Below are positions 42,701 through 59,200 of a stretch of 64,000 nt of DNA, piece by piece. The stretch comes from Eledone cirrhosa. Its lineage: Eukaryota. Numbering within the stretch: position 1 is the stretch's first letter; each line of letters opens with the position of its first letter. The stretch lies in NCBI GenBank assembly GCA_964016885.1, contig OZ024742.1:365676001-365740000 (forward strand), given 5' to 3'. Both the position numbers and the translations under genes were made by a program. The notes under the pieces are model-generated. The model had not been told where the DNA came from. It ran no database searches and saw only the letters and a program-made list of their open reading frames with translations.

Positions 42701-45700
42701 TATATTGTCAGAAAACTATATTCCATATATTGTTGTCAGAAAACTATATTCCATATATTGTCAGAAAACTATATTCCATATATTGTTGTCAGAAAACTAT
42801 ATTCCATATATTGTCAGAAAACTATATTCCATATATTGTTGTCAGAAAACTATATTCCATATATTGTCAGAAAACTATATTCCATATATTGTTGTCAGAA
42901 AACTATATTTCATATATTGTCAGAAATCTATATTCCATATATTGTCAGAAAACTATATTCCATATATTGTTGTCAGAAAACTATATTCCATATATGGTTG
43001 TCAGAAAACTATATTCCATATATTGTTGTCAGAAAACTATATTCCATATATTGTCAGAAAAATATATTCCAAATATTGTTGTCAGTAAACTATATTCCAT
43101 ATATTGTCAGAAAACTATATTCCATATATTGTTGTCAGAAAACTATATTCCATATATTGTCAGAAAACTATATTCCATATATTGTCAGAAAACTATATTC
43201 CATATATTGTCATAAAACTATATTCCATATATTGTTGTCAGAAAACTATATTCCATATATTGTCAGAAAACTATATTCCATATATTGTCAGAAAACTGTA
43301 TTCCATATATTGTTGTCTGAAAACTATATTCCATATATTGTCAGACAACTATATTAAATATATTGTTGTCAGTAAACTATATTCCATATATTGTTGTCAG
43401 AAAACTATATTCCATATATTGTTGTCAGAAATCTATATTCCATATATTGTCAGAAAAATATATTCCATATATTGTTGTCAGAAAACTATATTCCATATAT
43501 TGTCAGACAACTATATTCCATATATTGTTGTCAGTAAACTATATTCCATATATTGTTGTCAGAAAACTATATTCCATATATTGTTGTCAGTAAACTATAT
43601 TCCATATATTGTTGTCAGTAAACTATATTCCATATATTGTCAGAAAACTATATTCCATATATTGTTGTCAGAAAACTATATTCCATATATTGTTGTCAGT
43701 AAACTATATTCCATATATTGTCAGAAAACTATATTCCATATATTGTTGTCAGAAAACTATATTCCATATATTGTCAGAAAACTATATTCCATATATTGTC
43801 AGAAAAACATATTCCATATATTGTTATCAGAAAACTATATTCCATATATTGTCAGAAAACTATATTCCATATATTGTCAGAAAACTATATTCCATATATT
43901 GTCAGAAAACTATATTCCATATATTGTCAGAAAACTATATTCCATATATTGTTATCAGAAAACTATATTCCATATATTGTCAGAAAACTATATTCCATAT
44001 ATTGTTGTCAGAAAACTATATTCCATATATTGTTGTCAGAAAACTATATTCCATATATTGTCAGAAAACTATATTCCATATATTGTTGTCAGTAAACTAT
44101 ATTCCATATATTGTCAGAAAACTATATTCCATATATTGTTGTCAGAAAACTATATTCCATATATTGTCAGAAAACTATATTCCATATATTGTTGTCAGAA
44201 AACTATATTCCATATATTGTTGTCAGAAAACTATATTCCATATATTGTTGTCAAAAAACTATATTCCATATATTGTTGTCAGTAAACTATATTCCATATG
44301 TTGTCAGAAAACTATATTCCATATATTGTTGTCAGAAAACTATATGCCATATATTGTTGTCAGTAAACTATATTCCATATATTGTCAGAAAACTATATTC
44401 CATATATTGTTGTCAGAAAACTATATTCCATATATTGTCAGAAAACTATATTCCATATATTGTTGTAAGAAAACTATATTCCATATATTGTTGTCAGAAA
44501 ACTATATTGCATATATTGTTGTCAGTAAACTATATTCCATATATTGTCAGAAAACTATATTCCATATATTGTTGTCAGAAAACTATATTCCATATATTGT
44601 CAGAAAACTATATTCCATATATTGTCAGAAAAATATATTCCATATATAGTTATCAGAAAACTATATTCCATATATTGTCAGAAAACTATATTCCATATAT
44701 TGTCAGAAAACTATATTCCATATATTGTCAGAAAACTATATTCCATATATTGTCAGAAAACTATATTCCATATATTGTTATCAGAAAACTATATTCCATA
44801 TATTGTCAGAAAACTATATTCCATATATTGTTGTCAGAAAACTATATTTCATATAGTGTCAGAAAACTATATTCCATATATTGTCAGAAAACTATATTCC
44901 ATATATTGTTGTCAGAAAACTATATTCCATATATTGTTGTCAGAAAACTATATTCCATATATTGTCAGAAAACTATATTCCATATATTGTTGTCAGTAAA
45001 CTATATTCCATATATTGTCAGAAAACTATATTCCATATATTGTTGTCAGAAAACTATATTCCATATATTGTCAGAAAACTATATTCCATATATTGTTGTC
45101 AGAAAACTATATTCCATATATTGTTGTCAGAAAAATATATTCCATATATTGTTGTCAGAAAACTATATTCCATATATTGTCAGAAAACTATATTCCATAT
45201 ATTGTTGTCAGTAAACTATATTCCATATATTGTCAGAAAACTATATTCCATATATTGTCAGAAAACTATATTCCATATATTGTCAGAAAACTATATTCCA
45301 TATATTGTTGTCCTAAAACTATATTCCATATATTGTCAGAAAACTATATTCCATATATTGTTGTCAGAAAACTATATTTCATATATTGTCAGGAAACTAT
45401 ATTCCATATATTGTCAGAAAACTATATTCCATATATTGTTGTCAGTAAACTATATTCCATATATTGTCAGAAAACTATATACCATATATTGTTGTCAGAA
45501 AACTATATTCCATATATTGTCAGAAAACTATATTCCATATATTGTTGTCAGAAAACTATATTCCATATATTGTCAGAAAACTATATTCCATATATTGTCA
45601 GAAAACTGTATTCCATATATTGTTGTCTGAAAACTATATTCCATATATTGTCAGACAACTATATTCCATATATTGTTGTCAGTAAACTATATTCCATATA

Positions 45701-47248
45701 TTGTTGTCAGAAAACTATATTCCATATATTGTTGTCAGAAAACTATATTCCATATATTGTTGTCAGAAAACTATATTCCATATATTGTTGTCAGAAAACT
45801 ATATTCCATATATTGTTGTCAGAAAACTATATTCCATATATTGTCAGAAAACTATATTCCATATATTGTCAGAAAACTATATTCCATATATTGTTATCAG
45901 AAAACTATATTCCATATATTGTCAGAAAACTATATTCCATATATTGTTGTCAGAAAACTATATTTCATATAGTGTCAGAAAACTATATTCCATATATTGT
46001 CAGAAAACTATATTCCATATATTGTTGTCAGAAAACTATATTCCATATATTGTTGTCAGAAAACTATATTCCATATATTGTCAGAAAACTATATTCCATA
46101 TATTGTTGTCAGTAAACTATATTCCATATATTGTCAGAAAACTATATTCCATATATTGTCAGAAAACTATATTCCATATATTGTCAGAAAACTATATTCC
46201 ATATATTGTCAGAAAACTATATTCCATATATTGTTGTCAAGAAACTATATTCCATATATTGTCAGAAAACTATATTCCATATATTGTCAGAAAACTGTAT
46301 TCCATATATTGTTGTCTGAAAACTATATTCCATATATTGTCAGACAACTATATTCCATATATTGTTGTCAGTAAACTATATTCCATATATTGTTGTCAGA
46401 AAACTATATTCCATATATTGTTGTCAGAAAACTATATTCCATATATTGTCAGAAAACTATATTCCATATATTGTTGTCAGAAAACTATATTCCATATATT
46501 GTCAGAAAACTATATTCCATATATTGTTGTCAGAAAACTATATTCCATATATTGTCAGAAAACTATATTCCATATATTGTTGTCAGAAAACTATATTCCA
46601 TATATTGTCAGAAAACTATATTCCATATATTGTTGTCAGAAAACTATATTTCATATATTGTCAGAAATCTATATTCCATATATTGTCAGAAAACTATATT
46701 CCATATATTGTTGTCAGAAAACTATATTCCATATATGGTTGTCAGAAAACTATATTCCATATATTGTTGTCAGAAAACTATATTCCATATATTGTCAGAA
46801 AAATATATTCCAAATATTGTTGTCAGTAAACTATATTCCATATATTGTCAGAAAACTATATTCCATATATTGTTGTCAGAAAACTATATTCCATATATTG
46901 TCAGAAAACTATATTCCATATATTGTCAGAAAACTATATTCCATATATTGTCATAAAACTATATTCCATATATTGTTGTCAGAAAACTATATTCCATATA
47001 TTGTCAGAAAACTATATTCCATATATTGTCAGAAAACTGTATTCCATATATTGTTGTCTGAAAACTATATTCCATATATTGTCAGACAACTATATTAAAT
47101 ATATTGTTGTCAGTAAACTATATTCCATATATTGTTGTCAGAAAACTATATTCCATATATTGTTGTCAGAAATCTATATTCCATATATTGTCAGAAAAAT
47201 ATATTCCATATATTGTTGTCAGAAAACTATATTCCATATATTGTCAGA
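39740..47248 (+). repeat. 3,741-bp tandem duplication (39740-43507 matches 43481-47248)
   Basis: All ORFs repeat at +3741 (39868/43609, 40370/44111, 41960/45701). Shared rare variants are GAAAAACAT, CCATATGTTG, GTTGTAAGA, TATTGCAT, CCTAAAAC 41571/45312 and TATTAAAT 43356/47097. Confidence 0.94.
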
Positions 47249-50200
47249 AAACTATATTCCATATATTGTTGTCAGAAAACTATATTCCATATATTGTCAG
47301 AAAACTATATTCCATATATTGTTGTCAGAAAACTATATTCCATATATTGTCAGAAAACTATATTCCATATATTGTTGTCAGAAAACTATATTCCATATAT
47401 TGTCAGAAAACTATATTCCATATATTGTCAGAAAACTATATTCCATATATTGTGAGAAAACTATATTCCATATATTGTCAGAAAACTATATTCCATATAT
47501 TGTTGTCAGAAAACTATATTCCATATATTGTCAGAAAACTATATTCCATATATTGTCAGAAAACTGTATTCCATATATTGTTGTCTGAAAACTATATTCC
47601 ATATATTGTCAGACAACTATATTCCATATATTGTTGTCAGTAAACTATATTCCATATATTGTTGTCAGAAAACTATATTCCATATATTGTTGTCAGAAAA
47701 CTATATTCCATATATTGTCAGAAAACTATATTCCATATATTGTTGTCAGAACACTATATTCCATATATTGTCAGAAAACTATATTCCATATATTGTTGTC
47801 AGAAAACTATATTTCATATATTGTCAGAAAACTATATTCCATATATTGTCAGAAAACTATATTCCATATATTGTTGTCAGAAAACTATATTCCATATATG
47901 GTTGTCATAAAACTATATTCCATATATTGTCAGAAAACTATATTCCATATATTGTTGTCAGAAAACTATATTCCATATATGGTTGTCAGTGAACTATATT
48001 CCATATATTGTCAGAAAACTATATTCCATATATTGTTGTCAGAAAACTATATTCCATATATTGTTGTCAGAAAACTATATTCCATATATTGTCAGAATAC
48101 TATATTCCATATATTGTCAGAAAACTATATTCCGTATATTGTTGTCAGAAAACTATATTCCATATATTGTCAGAAAACTATATTCCATATATTGTTGTCA
48201 GAAAAATATATTCCATATATTGTCAGAAAACTATATTCCATATATTGTTGTCAGAAAACTATATTCCATATATTGTCAGAAAACTATATTCCATATATTG
48301 TTGTCAGAAAACTATATTCCATATATTGTTGTCAGAAAACTATATTCCATATATTGTTGTCAGTAAACTATATTCCATATATTGTTGTCAGTAAACTATA
48401 TTCCATATATTGTCAGAAAACTATATTCCATATATTGTTGTCAGAAAACTACATGCCATATATTGTTGTCAGTAAACTATATTCCATATATTGTCAGAAA
48501 ACTATATTCCATATATTGTTGTCAGAAAACTATATTCCATATATTGTCAGAAAACTATATTCCATATATTGTTGTCAGAAAACTATATTCCATATATTGT
48601 CAGAAAACTATATTCCATATATTGTTGTCAGAAAACTATATTCCATATATTGTTGTCAGAAAACTATATTCCATATATTGTTGTCAGTAAACTATATTCC
48701 ATATATTGTTGTCAGTAAACTATATTCCATATATTGTCAGAAAACTATATTCCATATATTGTTGTCAGAAAACTATATTCCATATATTGTCAGAAAACTA
48801 TATTCCATATATTGTTGTCAGAAAACTATATTCCATATATTGTTGTCAGAAAACTATATTCCATATATTGTTGTCAGTAAACTATATTCCATATATTGTC
48901 AGAAAACTATATTCCATATATTGTTGTCAGAAAACTATATTCCATATATTGTCAGAAAACTATATTCCATATATTGTCAGAAAAATATATTCCATATATT
49001 GTTATCAGAAAACTATATTCCATATATTGTCAGAAAACTGTATTCCATATATTGTCAGAAAACTATATTCCATATATTGTCAGAAAACTATATTCCATAT
49101 ATTGTCAGAAAACTATATTCCATATATTGTTGTCAGAAAACTATATTCCATATATTGTCAGAAAACTATATTCCATATATTGTCAGAAAACTGTATTCCA
49201 TATATTGTTGTCTGAAAACTATATTCCATATATTGTCAGACAACTATATTCCATATATTGTTGTCAGTAAACTATATTCCATATATTGTTGTCAGAAAAC
49301 TATATTCCATATATTGTTGTCAGAAATCTATATTCCATATATTGTCAGAAAAATATATTCCATATATTGTTGTCAGAAAACTATATTCCATATATTGTCA
49401 GAAAACTATATTCCATATATTGTTGTCAGAAAACTATATTCCATATATTGTCAGAAAACTATATTCCATATATTGTTGTCAGAAAACTATATTCCATATA
49501 TTGTCAGAAAACTATATTCCATATATTGTTGTCAGAAAACTATATTCCATATATTGTCAGAAAACTATATTCCATATATTGTCAGAAAACTATATTCCAT
49601 ATATTGTGAGAAAACTATATTCCATATATTGTCAGAAAACTATATTCCATATATTGTTGTCAGAAAACTATATTCCATATATTGTCAGAAAACTTTATTC
49701 CATATATTGTCAGAAAACTGTATTCCATATATTGTTGTCTGAAAACTATATTCCATATATTGTCAGACAACTATATTCCATATATTGTTGTCAGAAAACT
49801 ATATTCCATATATTGTCAGAAAACTATATTCCAAATATTGTTGTCAGAAAACTATATTCCATATATTGTCAGAAAACTATATTCCATATATTGCTGTCAG
49901 AAAACTATATTCCATATATTGTCAGAAAACTATATTCCATATATTGTTGTCAGAAAACTCTATTCCATATATTGTTGTCAGAAAACTATATTCCATATAT
50001 TGTCAGAAAACTATATTCCATATATTGTTGTCAGAACACTACATTCCATATATTGTCAGAAAACTATATTCCATATATTGTTGTCAGAAAACTATATTCC
50101 ATATATTGTCAGAAAACTATATTCCATATATTGTTGTCAGAAAACTATATTCCATATATGGTTGTCAGAAAACTATATTCCATATATTGTCAGAAAACTA

Positions 50201-53200
50201 TATTCCATATATTGTTGTCAGAAAACTATATTCCATATATGGTTGTCAGTGAACTATATTCCATATATTGTCAGAAAACTATATTCCATATATTGTTGTC
50301 AGAAAACTATATTCCATATATTGTCAGAAAACTATATTCCATATATTGTCAGAAAACTATATTCCGTATATTGTTGTCAGAAAACTATATTCCATATATT
50401 GTCAGAAAACTATATTCCATATATTGTTGTCAGAAAAATATATTCCATATATTGTCAGAAAACTATATTCCATATATTGTTGTCAGAAAACTATATTCCA
50501 TATATTGTCAGAAAACTATATTCCATATATTGTTGTCAGAAAACTATATTCCATATATTGTTGTCAGAAAACTATATTCCATATATTGTTGTCAGTAAAC
50601 TATATTCCATATATTGTTGTCAGTAAACTATATTCCATATATTGTCAGAAAACTATATTCCATATATTGTTGTCAGAAAACTACATGCCATATATTGTTG
50701 TCAGTGAACTATATTCCATATATTGTCAGAAAACTATATTCCATATATTGTTGTCAGAAAACTATATTCCATATATTGTCAGAAAACTATATTCCATATA
50801 TTGTTGTCAGAAAACTATATTCCATATATTGTCAGAAAACTATATTCCATATATTGTTGTCAGAAAACTATATTCCATATATTGTTGTCAGAAAACTATA
50901 TTCCATATATTGTTGTCAGTAAACTATATTCCATATATTGTTGTCAGTAAACTATATTCCATATATTGTCAGAAAACTATATTCCATATATTGTTGTCAG
51001 AAAACTATATTCCATATATTGTCAGAAAACTATATTCCATATATTGTTGTCAGAAAACTATATTCCATATATTGTTGTCAGAAAACTATATTCCATATAT
51101 TGTTGTCAGTAAACTATATTCCATATATTGTCAGAAAACTATATTCTATATATTGTTGTCAGAAAACTATATTCCATATATTGTCAGAAAACTATATTCC
51201 ATATATTGTCAGAAAAATATATTCCATATATTGTTATCAGAAAACTATATTCCATATATTGTCAGAAAACTATATTCCATATATTGTCAGAAAACTATAT
51301 TCCATATATTGTCAGAAAACTATATTCCATATATTGTCAGAAAACTATATTCCATATATTGTTATCAGAAAACTATATTCCATATATTGTCAGAAAACTA
51401 TATTCCATATATTGTTGTCAGAAAACTATATTTCATATAGTGTCAGAAAACTATATTCCATATATTGTCAGAAAACTATATTCCATATATTGTTTTCAGA
51501 AAACTATATTCCATATATTGTTGTCAGAAAACTATATTCCATATATTGTCAGAAAACTATATTCCATATATTGTTGTCAGTAAACTATATTCCATATATT
51601 GTCAGAAAACTATATTCCATATATTGTTGTCAGAAAACTATATTCCATATATTGTCAGAAAACTATATTCCATATATTGTTGTCAGAAAACTATATTCCA
51701 TATATTGTTGTCAGAAAAATATATTCCATATATTGTTGTCAGAAAACTATATTCCATATATTGTCAGAAAACTATATTCCATATATTGTTGTCAGTAAAC
51801 TATATTCCATATATTGTCAGAAAACTATATTCCATATATTGTCAGAAAACTATATTCCATATATTGTCAGAAAACTATATTCCATATATTGTTGTCCTAA
51901 AACTATATTCCATATATTGTCAGAAAACTATATTCCATATATTGTTGTCAGAAAACTATATTTCATATATTGTCAGAAAACTATATTCCATATATTGTCA
52001 GAAAACTATATTCCATATATTGTTGTCAGTAAACTATATTCCATATATTGTCAGAAAACTATATACCATATATTGTTGTCAGAAAACTATATTCCATATA
52101 TTGTCAGAAAACTATATTCCATATATTGTTGTCAGAATACTATATTCCATATATTGTCAGAAAACTATATTCCATATATTGTCAGAAAACTGTATTCCAT
52201 ATATTGTTGTCAGTAAACTATATTCCATATATTGTCAGAAAACTATATACCATATATTGTTGTCAGAAAACTATATTCCATATATTGTCAGAAAACTATA
52301 TTCCATATATTGTTGTCAGAAAACTATATTCCATATATTGTCAGACAACTATATTCCATATATTGTTGTCAGTAAACTATATTCCATATATTGTTGACAG
52401 AAAACTATATTCCATATATTGTTGTCAGAAAACTATATTCCATATATTGTTGTCAGAAAACTATATTCCATATATTGTTGTCAGAAAACTATATTCCATA
52501 TATTGTCAGAAAACTATATTCCATATATTGTTGTCAGAAAATTATATTCCATATATTGTCAGAAAGATATATTCCATATATTGTTGTCAGTAAACTATAT
52601 TCCATATATTGTCAGAAAACTATATTCCATATATTGTTGTCAGAAAACTATATTCCATATATTGTTGTCAGAAAACTATATTCCATATATTGTTGTCAGA
52701 AAACTATATTCCATATATTGTCAGAAAACTATATTCCATATATTGTCAGAAAACTATATTCCATATATTGTTGTCAGAAAACTATATTCCATATATTGTC
52801 AGAAAACTATATTCCATATATTGTTGTCAGAAAAATATATTCCATATATTGTCAGAAAACTATATTCCATATATTGTTGTCAGAAAACTATATTCCATAT
52901 ATTGTCAGAAAACTATATTCCATATATTGTTGTCAGAAAACTATATTCCATATATTGTTGTCAGAAAACTATATTCCATATATTGTTGTCAGTAAACTAT
53001 ATTCCATATATTGTTGTCAGTAAACTATATTCCATATATTGTCAGAAAACTATATTCCATATATTGTTGTCAGAAAACTACATGCCATATATTGTTGTCA
53101 GTAAACTATATTCCATATATTGTCAGAAAACTATATTCCATATATTGTTGTCAGAAAACTATATTCCATATATTGTCAGAAAACTATATTCCATATATTG

Positions 53201-53880
53201 TTGTCAGAAAACTATATTCCATATATTGTCAGAAAACTATATTCCATATATTGTTGTCAGAAAACTATATTCCATATATTGTTGTCAGAAAACTATATTC
53301 CATATATTGTTGTCAGTAAACTATATTCCATATATTGTTGTCAGTAAACTATATTCCATATATTGTCAGAAAACTATATTCCATATATTGTTGTCAGAAA
53401 ACTATATTCCATATATTGTCAGAAAACTATATTCCATATATTGTTGTCAGAAAACTATATTCCATATATTGTTGTCAGAAAACTATATTCCATATATTGT
53501 TGTCAGTAAACTATATTCCATATATTGTCAGAAAACTATATTCTATATATTGTTGTCAGAAAACTATATTCCATATATTGTCAGAAAACTATATTCCATA
53601 TATTGTCAGAAAAATATATTCCATATATTGTTATCAGAAAACTATATTCCATATATTGTCAGAAAACTATATTCCATATATTGTCAGAAAACTATATTCC
53701 ATATATTGTCAGAAAACTATATTCCATATATTGTCAGAAAACTATATTCCATATATTGTTATCAGAAAACTATATTCCATATATTGTCAGAAAACTATAT
53801 TCCATATATTGTTGTCAGAAAACTATATTTCATATAGTGTCAGAAAACTATATTCCATATATTGTCAGAAAACTATATTC
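47100..53880 (+). repeat. Older, diverged 2.15-2.4-kb repeat units (offsets 2154, 2232, 2397)
   Basis: ORF pairs 47132/49286 and 48382/50614/53011. The TACATGCC marker is at 48451, 50683 and 53080. CAGTGAAC, TCCGTAT and GAACAC variants are shared by the first two copies. Confidence 0.8.
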
Positions 53881-56299
53881 CATATATTGTCAGAAAACTA
53901 TATTCCATATATTGTTGTCAGTAAACTATATTCCATATATTGTCAGAAAACTATATTCCATATATTGTCAGAAAACTATATTCCATATATTGTTGCCAGT
54001 AAACTATATTCCATATATTGTCAGAAAACTATATACCATATATTGTTGTCAGAAAACTATATTCCATATATTGTCAGAAAACTATATTCCATATATTGTT
54101 GTCAGAAAACTATATTCCATATATTGTCAGAAAACTATATTCCATATATTGTCAGAAAACTGTTTTCCATATATTGTTGTCAGTAAACTATATTCCATAT
54201 ATTGTCAGAAAACTATATACCATATATTGTTGTCAGAAAACTATATTCCATATATTGTCAGAAAACTATATTCCATATATTGTTGTCAGAAAACTATATT
54301 CCATATATTGTCAGACAACTATATTCCATATATTGTTGTCAGTAAACTATATTCCATATATTGTTGTCAGAAAACTATATTCCATATATTGTTGTCAGAA
54401 AACTATATTCCATATATTGTTGTCAGAAAACTATATTCCATATATTGTTGTCAGAAAACTATATTCCATATATTGTCAGAAAACTATATTCCATATATTG
54501 TTGTCAGAAAATTATATTCCATATATTGTCAGAAAACTATATTCCATATATTGTTGTCAGTAAACTATATTCCATATATTGTCAGAAAATTATATTCCAT
54601 ATATTGTTGTCAGAAAACTATATTCCATATATTGTTGTCAGAAAACTATATTCCATATATTGTTGTCAGAAAACTATATTCCATATATTGTCAGAAAACT
54701 ATATTCCATATATTGTCAGAAAACTATATTCCATATATTGTTATCAGAAAACTATATTCCATATATTGTCAGAAAACTATATTCCATATATTGTTGTCAG
54801 AAAACTATATTTCATATAGTGTCAGAAAACTATATTCCATATATTGTCAGAAAACTATATTCCATATATTGTTGTCAGAAAACTATATTCCATATATTGT
54901 TGTCAGAAAACTATATTCCATATATTGTCAGAAAACTATATTCCATATATTGTTGTCAGTAAACTATATTCCATATATTGTCAGAAAACTATATTCCATA
55001 TATTGTCAGAAAACTATATTCCATATATTGTCAGAAAACTATATTCCATATATTGTCAGAAAACTATATTCCATATATTGTTGTCAGAAAACTATATTCC
55101 ATATATTGTCAGAAAACTATATTCCATATATTGTCAGAAAACTGTATTCCATATATTGTTGTCTGAAAACTATATTCCATATATTGTCAGACAACTATAT
55201 TCCATATATTGTTGTCAGTAAACTATATTCCATATATTGTTGTCAGAAAACTATATTCCATATATTGTTGTCAGAAAACTATATTCCATATATTGTCAGA
55301 AAAATATATTCCATATATTGTTGTCAGAAAACTATATTCCATATATTGTCAGAAAACTATATTCCATATATTGTTGTCAGAAAACTATATTCCATATATT
55401 GTCAGAAAACTATATTCCATATATTGTTGTCAGAAAACTATATTCCATATATTGTCAGAAAACTATATTCCATATATTGTTGTCAGAAAACTATATTCCA
55501 TATATTGTCAGAAAACTATATTCCATATATTGTCAGAAAACTATATTCCATATATTGTCAAAAAACTATATTCCATATATTGTCAGAAAACTATATTCCA
55601 TATATTGTTGTCAGTAAACTATATTCCATATATTGTCAGAAAACTATATACCATATATTGTTGTCAGAAAACTATATTCCATATATTGTCAGAAAACTAT
55701 ATTCCATATATTGTTGTCAGAAAACTTTATTCCATATATTGTCAGAAAACTATATTCCATATATTGTCAGAAAACTGTATTCCATATATTGTTGTCAGTA
55801 AACTATATTCCATATATTGTCAGAAAACTATATACCATATATTGTTGTCAGAAAACTATATTCCATATATTGTCAGAAAACTATATTCCATATATTGTTG
55901 TGAGAAAACTATATTCCATATATTGTCAGACAACTATATTCCATATATTGTTGTCAGTAAACTATATTCCATATATTGTTGTCAGAAAACTATATTCCAT
56001 ATATTGTTGTTAGAAAACTATATTCCATATATTGTTGTCAGAAAACTATATTCCATATATTGTTGTCAGAAAACTATATTCCATATATTGTCAGAAAACT
56101 ATATTCCATATATTGTTGTCAGTAAACTATATTCCATATATTGTCAGAAAACTATATTCCATATATTGTTGTCAGAGAACTATATTCCATATATTGTTGT
56201 CAGAAAACTATATTCCATATATTGTCAGAAAACTATATTCCATATATTGTCAGAAAACTGTATTCCATATATTGTTGTCAGTAAACTATATTCCATATA

Positions 56300-59200
56300 T
56301 TGTCAGAAAACTATATACCATATATTGTTGTCAGAAAACTATATTCCATATATTGTCAGAAAACTATATTCCATATATTGTTGTCAGAAAACTATATTCC
56401 ATATATTGTCAGAAAACTATATTCCATATATTGTTGTCAGAAAACTATATTTCATATAGTGTCAGAAAACTATATTCCATATATTGTCAGAAAACTATAT
56501 TCCATATATTGTTGTCAGAAAACTATATTCCATATATTGTTGTCAGAAAACTATATTACATATATTGTCAGAAAACTATATTCCATATATTGTTGTCAGT
56601 AAACTATATTCCATATATTGTCATAAAACTATATTCCATATATTGTCAGAAAACTATATTCCATATATTGTCAGAAAACTATATTCCATATATTGTTGTC
56701 AGAAAACTATATTCCATATATTGTCAGAAAACCATATTCCATATATTGTCAGAAAACTGTATTACATATATTGTTGTCTGAAAACTATATTCCATATATT
56801 GTCAGACAACTATATTCCATATATTGTTGTCAGTAAACTATATTCCATATATTGTTATCAGAAAACTATATTCCATATATTGTTGTCAGAAAACTATATT
56901 CCATATATTGTCAGAAAACTATATTCCATATATTGTTGTCAGAAAACTATATTCCATATATTGTCAGAAAACTATATTCCATATATTGTTGTCAGAAAAC
57001 TATATTCCATATATTGTCAGAAAACTATATTCCATATATTGTTGTCAGAAAACTATATTCCATATATTGTCAGAAAACTATATTCCATATATTGTTGTCA
57101 GAAAACTATATTCCATATATTGTCAGAAAAATATATTCCAAATATTGTTGTCAGAAAACTATATTCCATATATTGTCAGAAAACTATATTCCATATATTG
57201 TTGTCAGAAAACTATATTCCATATATTGTCAGAAAACTATATTCCATATATTGTTGTCAGAAAACTATATTCCATATATTGTCAGAAAACTATATTCCAT
57301 ATATTGTTGTCAGAAAACTATATTCCATATATTGTCAGAAAACTATATTCCATATATTGTTGTCAGAAAACTATATTCCATATATTGTCAGAAAACTATA
57401 TTCCATATATTGTTGTCAGAAAACTATATTCCATATATGGTTGTCAGAAAACTATATACCATATATTGTCAGAAAACTATATTCCATATATTGTTGTCAG
57501 AAAACTATATTCCATATATGGTTGTCAGTAAACTATATTCCATATATTGTCAGAAATCTATATTCCATATATTGTTGTCAGAAAACTATATTCCATATAT
57601 TGTTGTCAGAAAACTATATTCCATATATTGTCAGAAAACTATATTCCATATATTGTTGTCAGTAAACTATATTCCATATATTGTCAGAAAACTATATACC
57701 ATATATTGTTGTCAGAAAACTATATTCCATATATTGTCAGAAAACTATATTCCATATATTGTTGTCAGAAAACTATATACCATATATTGTTGTCAGAAAA
57801 CTATATTCCATATATTGTCAGAAAACTATATTCCATATATTGTTGTCAGAAAACTATATTCCATATATTGTCAGAAAACTATATTCCATATATTGTTGTC
57901 AGAAAACTATATTTCATATAGTGTCAGAAAACTATATTCCATATATTGTCAGAAAACTATATTCCATATATTGTTGTCAGAAAACTATATTCCATATATT
58001 GTTGTCAGAAAACTATATTCCATATATTGTCAGAAAACTATATTCCATATATTGTTGTCAGTAAACTATATTCCATATATTGTCATAAAACTATATTCCA
58101 TATATTGTCAGAAAACTATATTCCATATATTGTCAGAAAACTATATTCCATATATTGTCAGAAAACTATATTCCATATATTGTTGTCAGAAAACTATATT
58201 CCATATATTGTCAGAAAACTATATTCCATATATTGTCAGAAAACTGTATTACATATATTGTTGTCTGAAAACTATATTCCATATATTGTCAGACAACTAT
58301 ATTCCATATATTGTTGTCAGTAAACTATATTCCATATATTGTTATCAGAAAACTATATTCCATATATTGTTGTCAGAAAACTATATTCCATATATTGTCA
58401 GAAAAATATATTCCATATATTGTTGTCAGAAAACTATATTCCATATATTGTCCGAAAACTATATTCCATATATTGTTGTCAGAAAACTATATTCCATATA
58501 TTGTCAGAAAACTATATTCCATATATTGTTGTCAGAAAACTATATTCCATATATTGTCAGGAAACTATATTCCATATATTGTTGTCAGAAAACTATATTC
58601 CATATATTGTCAGAAAAATATATTCCAAATATTGTTGTCAGAAAACTATATTCCATATATTGTCAGAAAACTATATTCCATATATTGTTGTCAGAAAACT
58701 ATATTCCATATATTGTCAGAAAACTATATTCCATATATTGTTGTCAGAAAACTATATTCCATATATTGTCAGAAAACTATATTCCATATATTGTTGTCAG
58801 AAAACTATATTCCATATATTGTCAGAAAACTATATTCCATATATTGTTGTCAGAAAACTATATTCCATATATTGTCAGAAAACTATATTCCATATATTGT
58901 TGTCAGAAAACTATATTTCATATATTATCAGAAATCTATATTCCATATATTGTCAGAAAACTATATTCTATATATTGTTGTCAGAAAACTATATTCCATA
59001 TATGGTTGTCAGAAAACTATATACCATATATTGTCAGAAAACTATATTCCATATATTGTTGTCAGAAAACTATATTCCATATATGGTTGTCAGTAAACTA
59101 TATTCCATATATTGTCAGAAAACTATATTCCATATATTGTTGTCAGAAAACTATATTCCATATATTGTTGTCAGAAAACTATATTCCATATATTGTCAGA

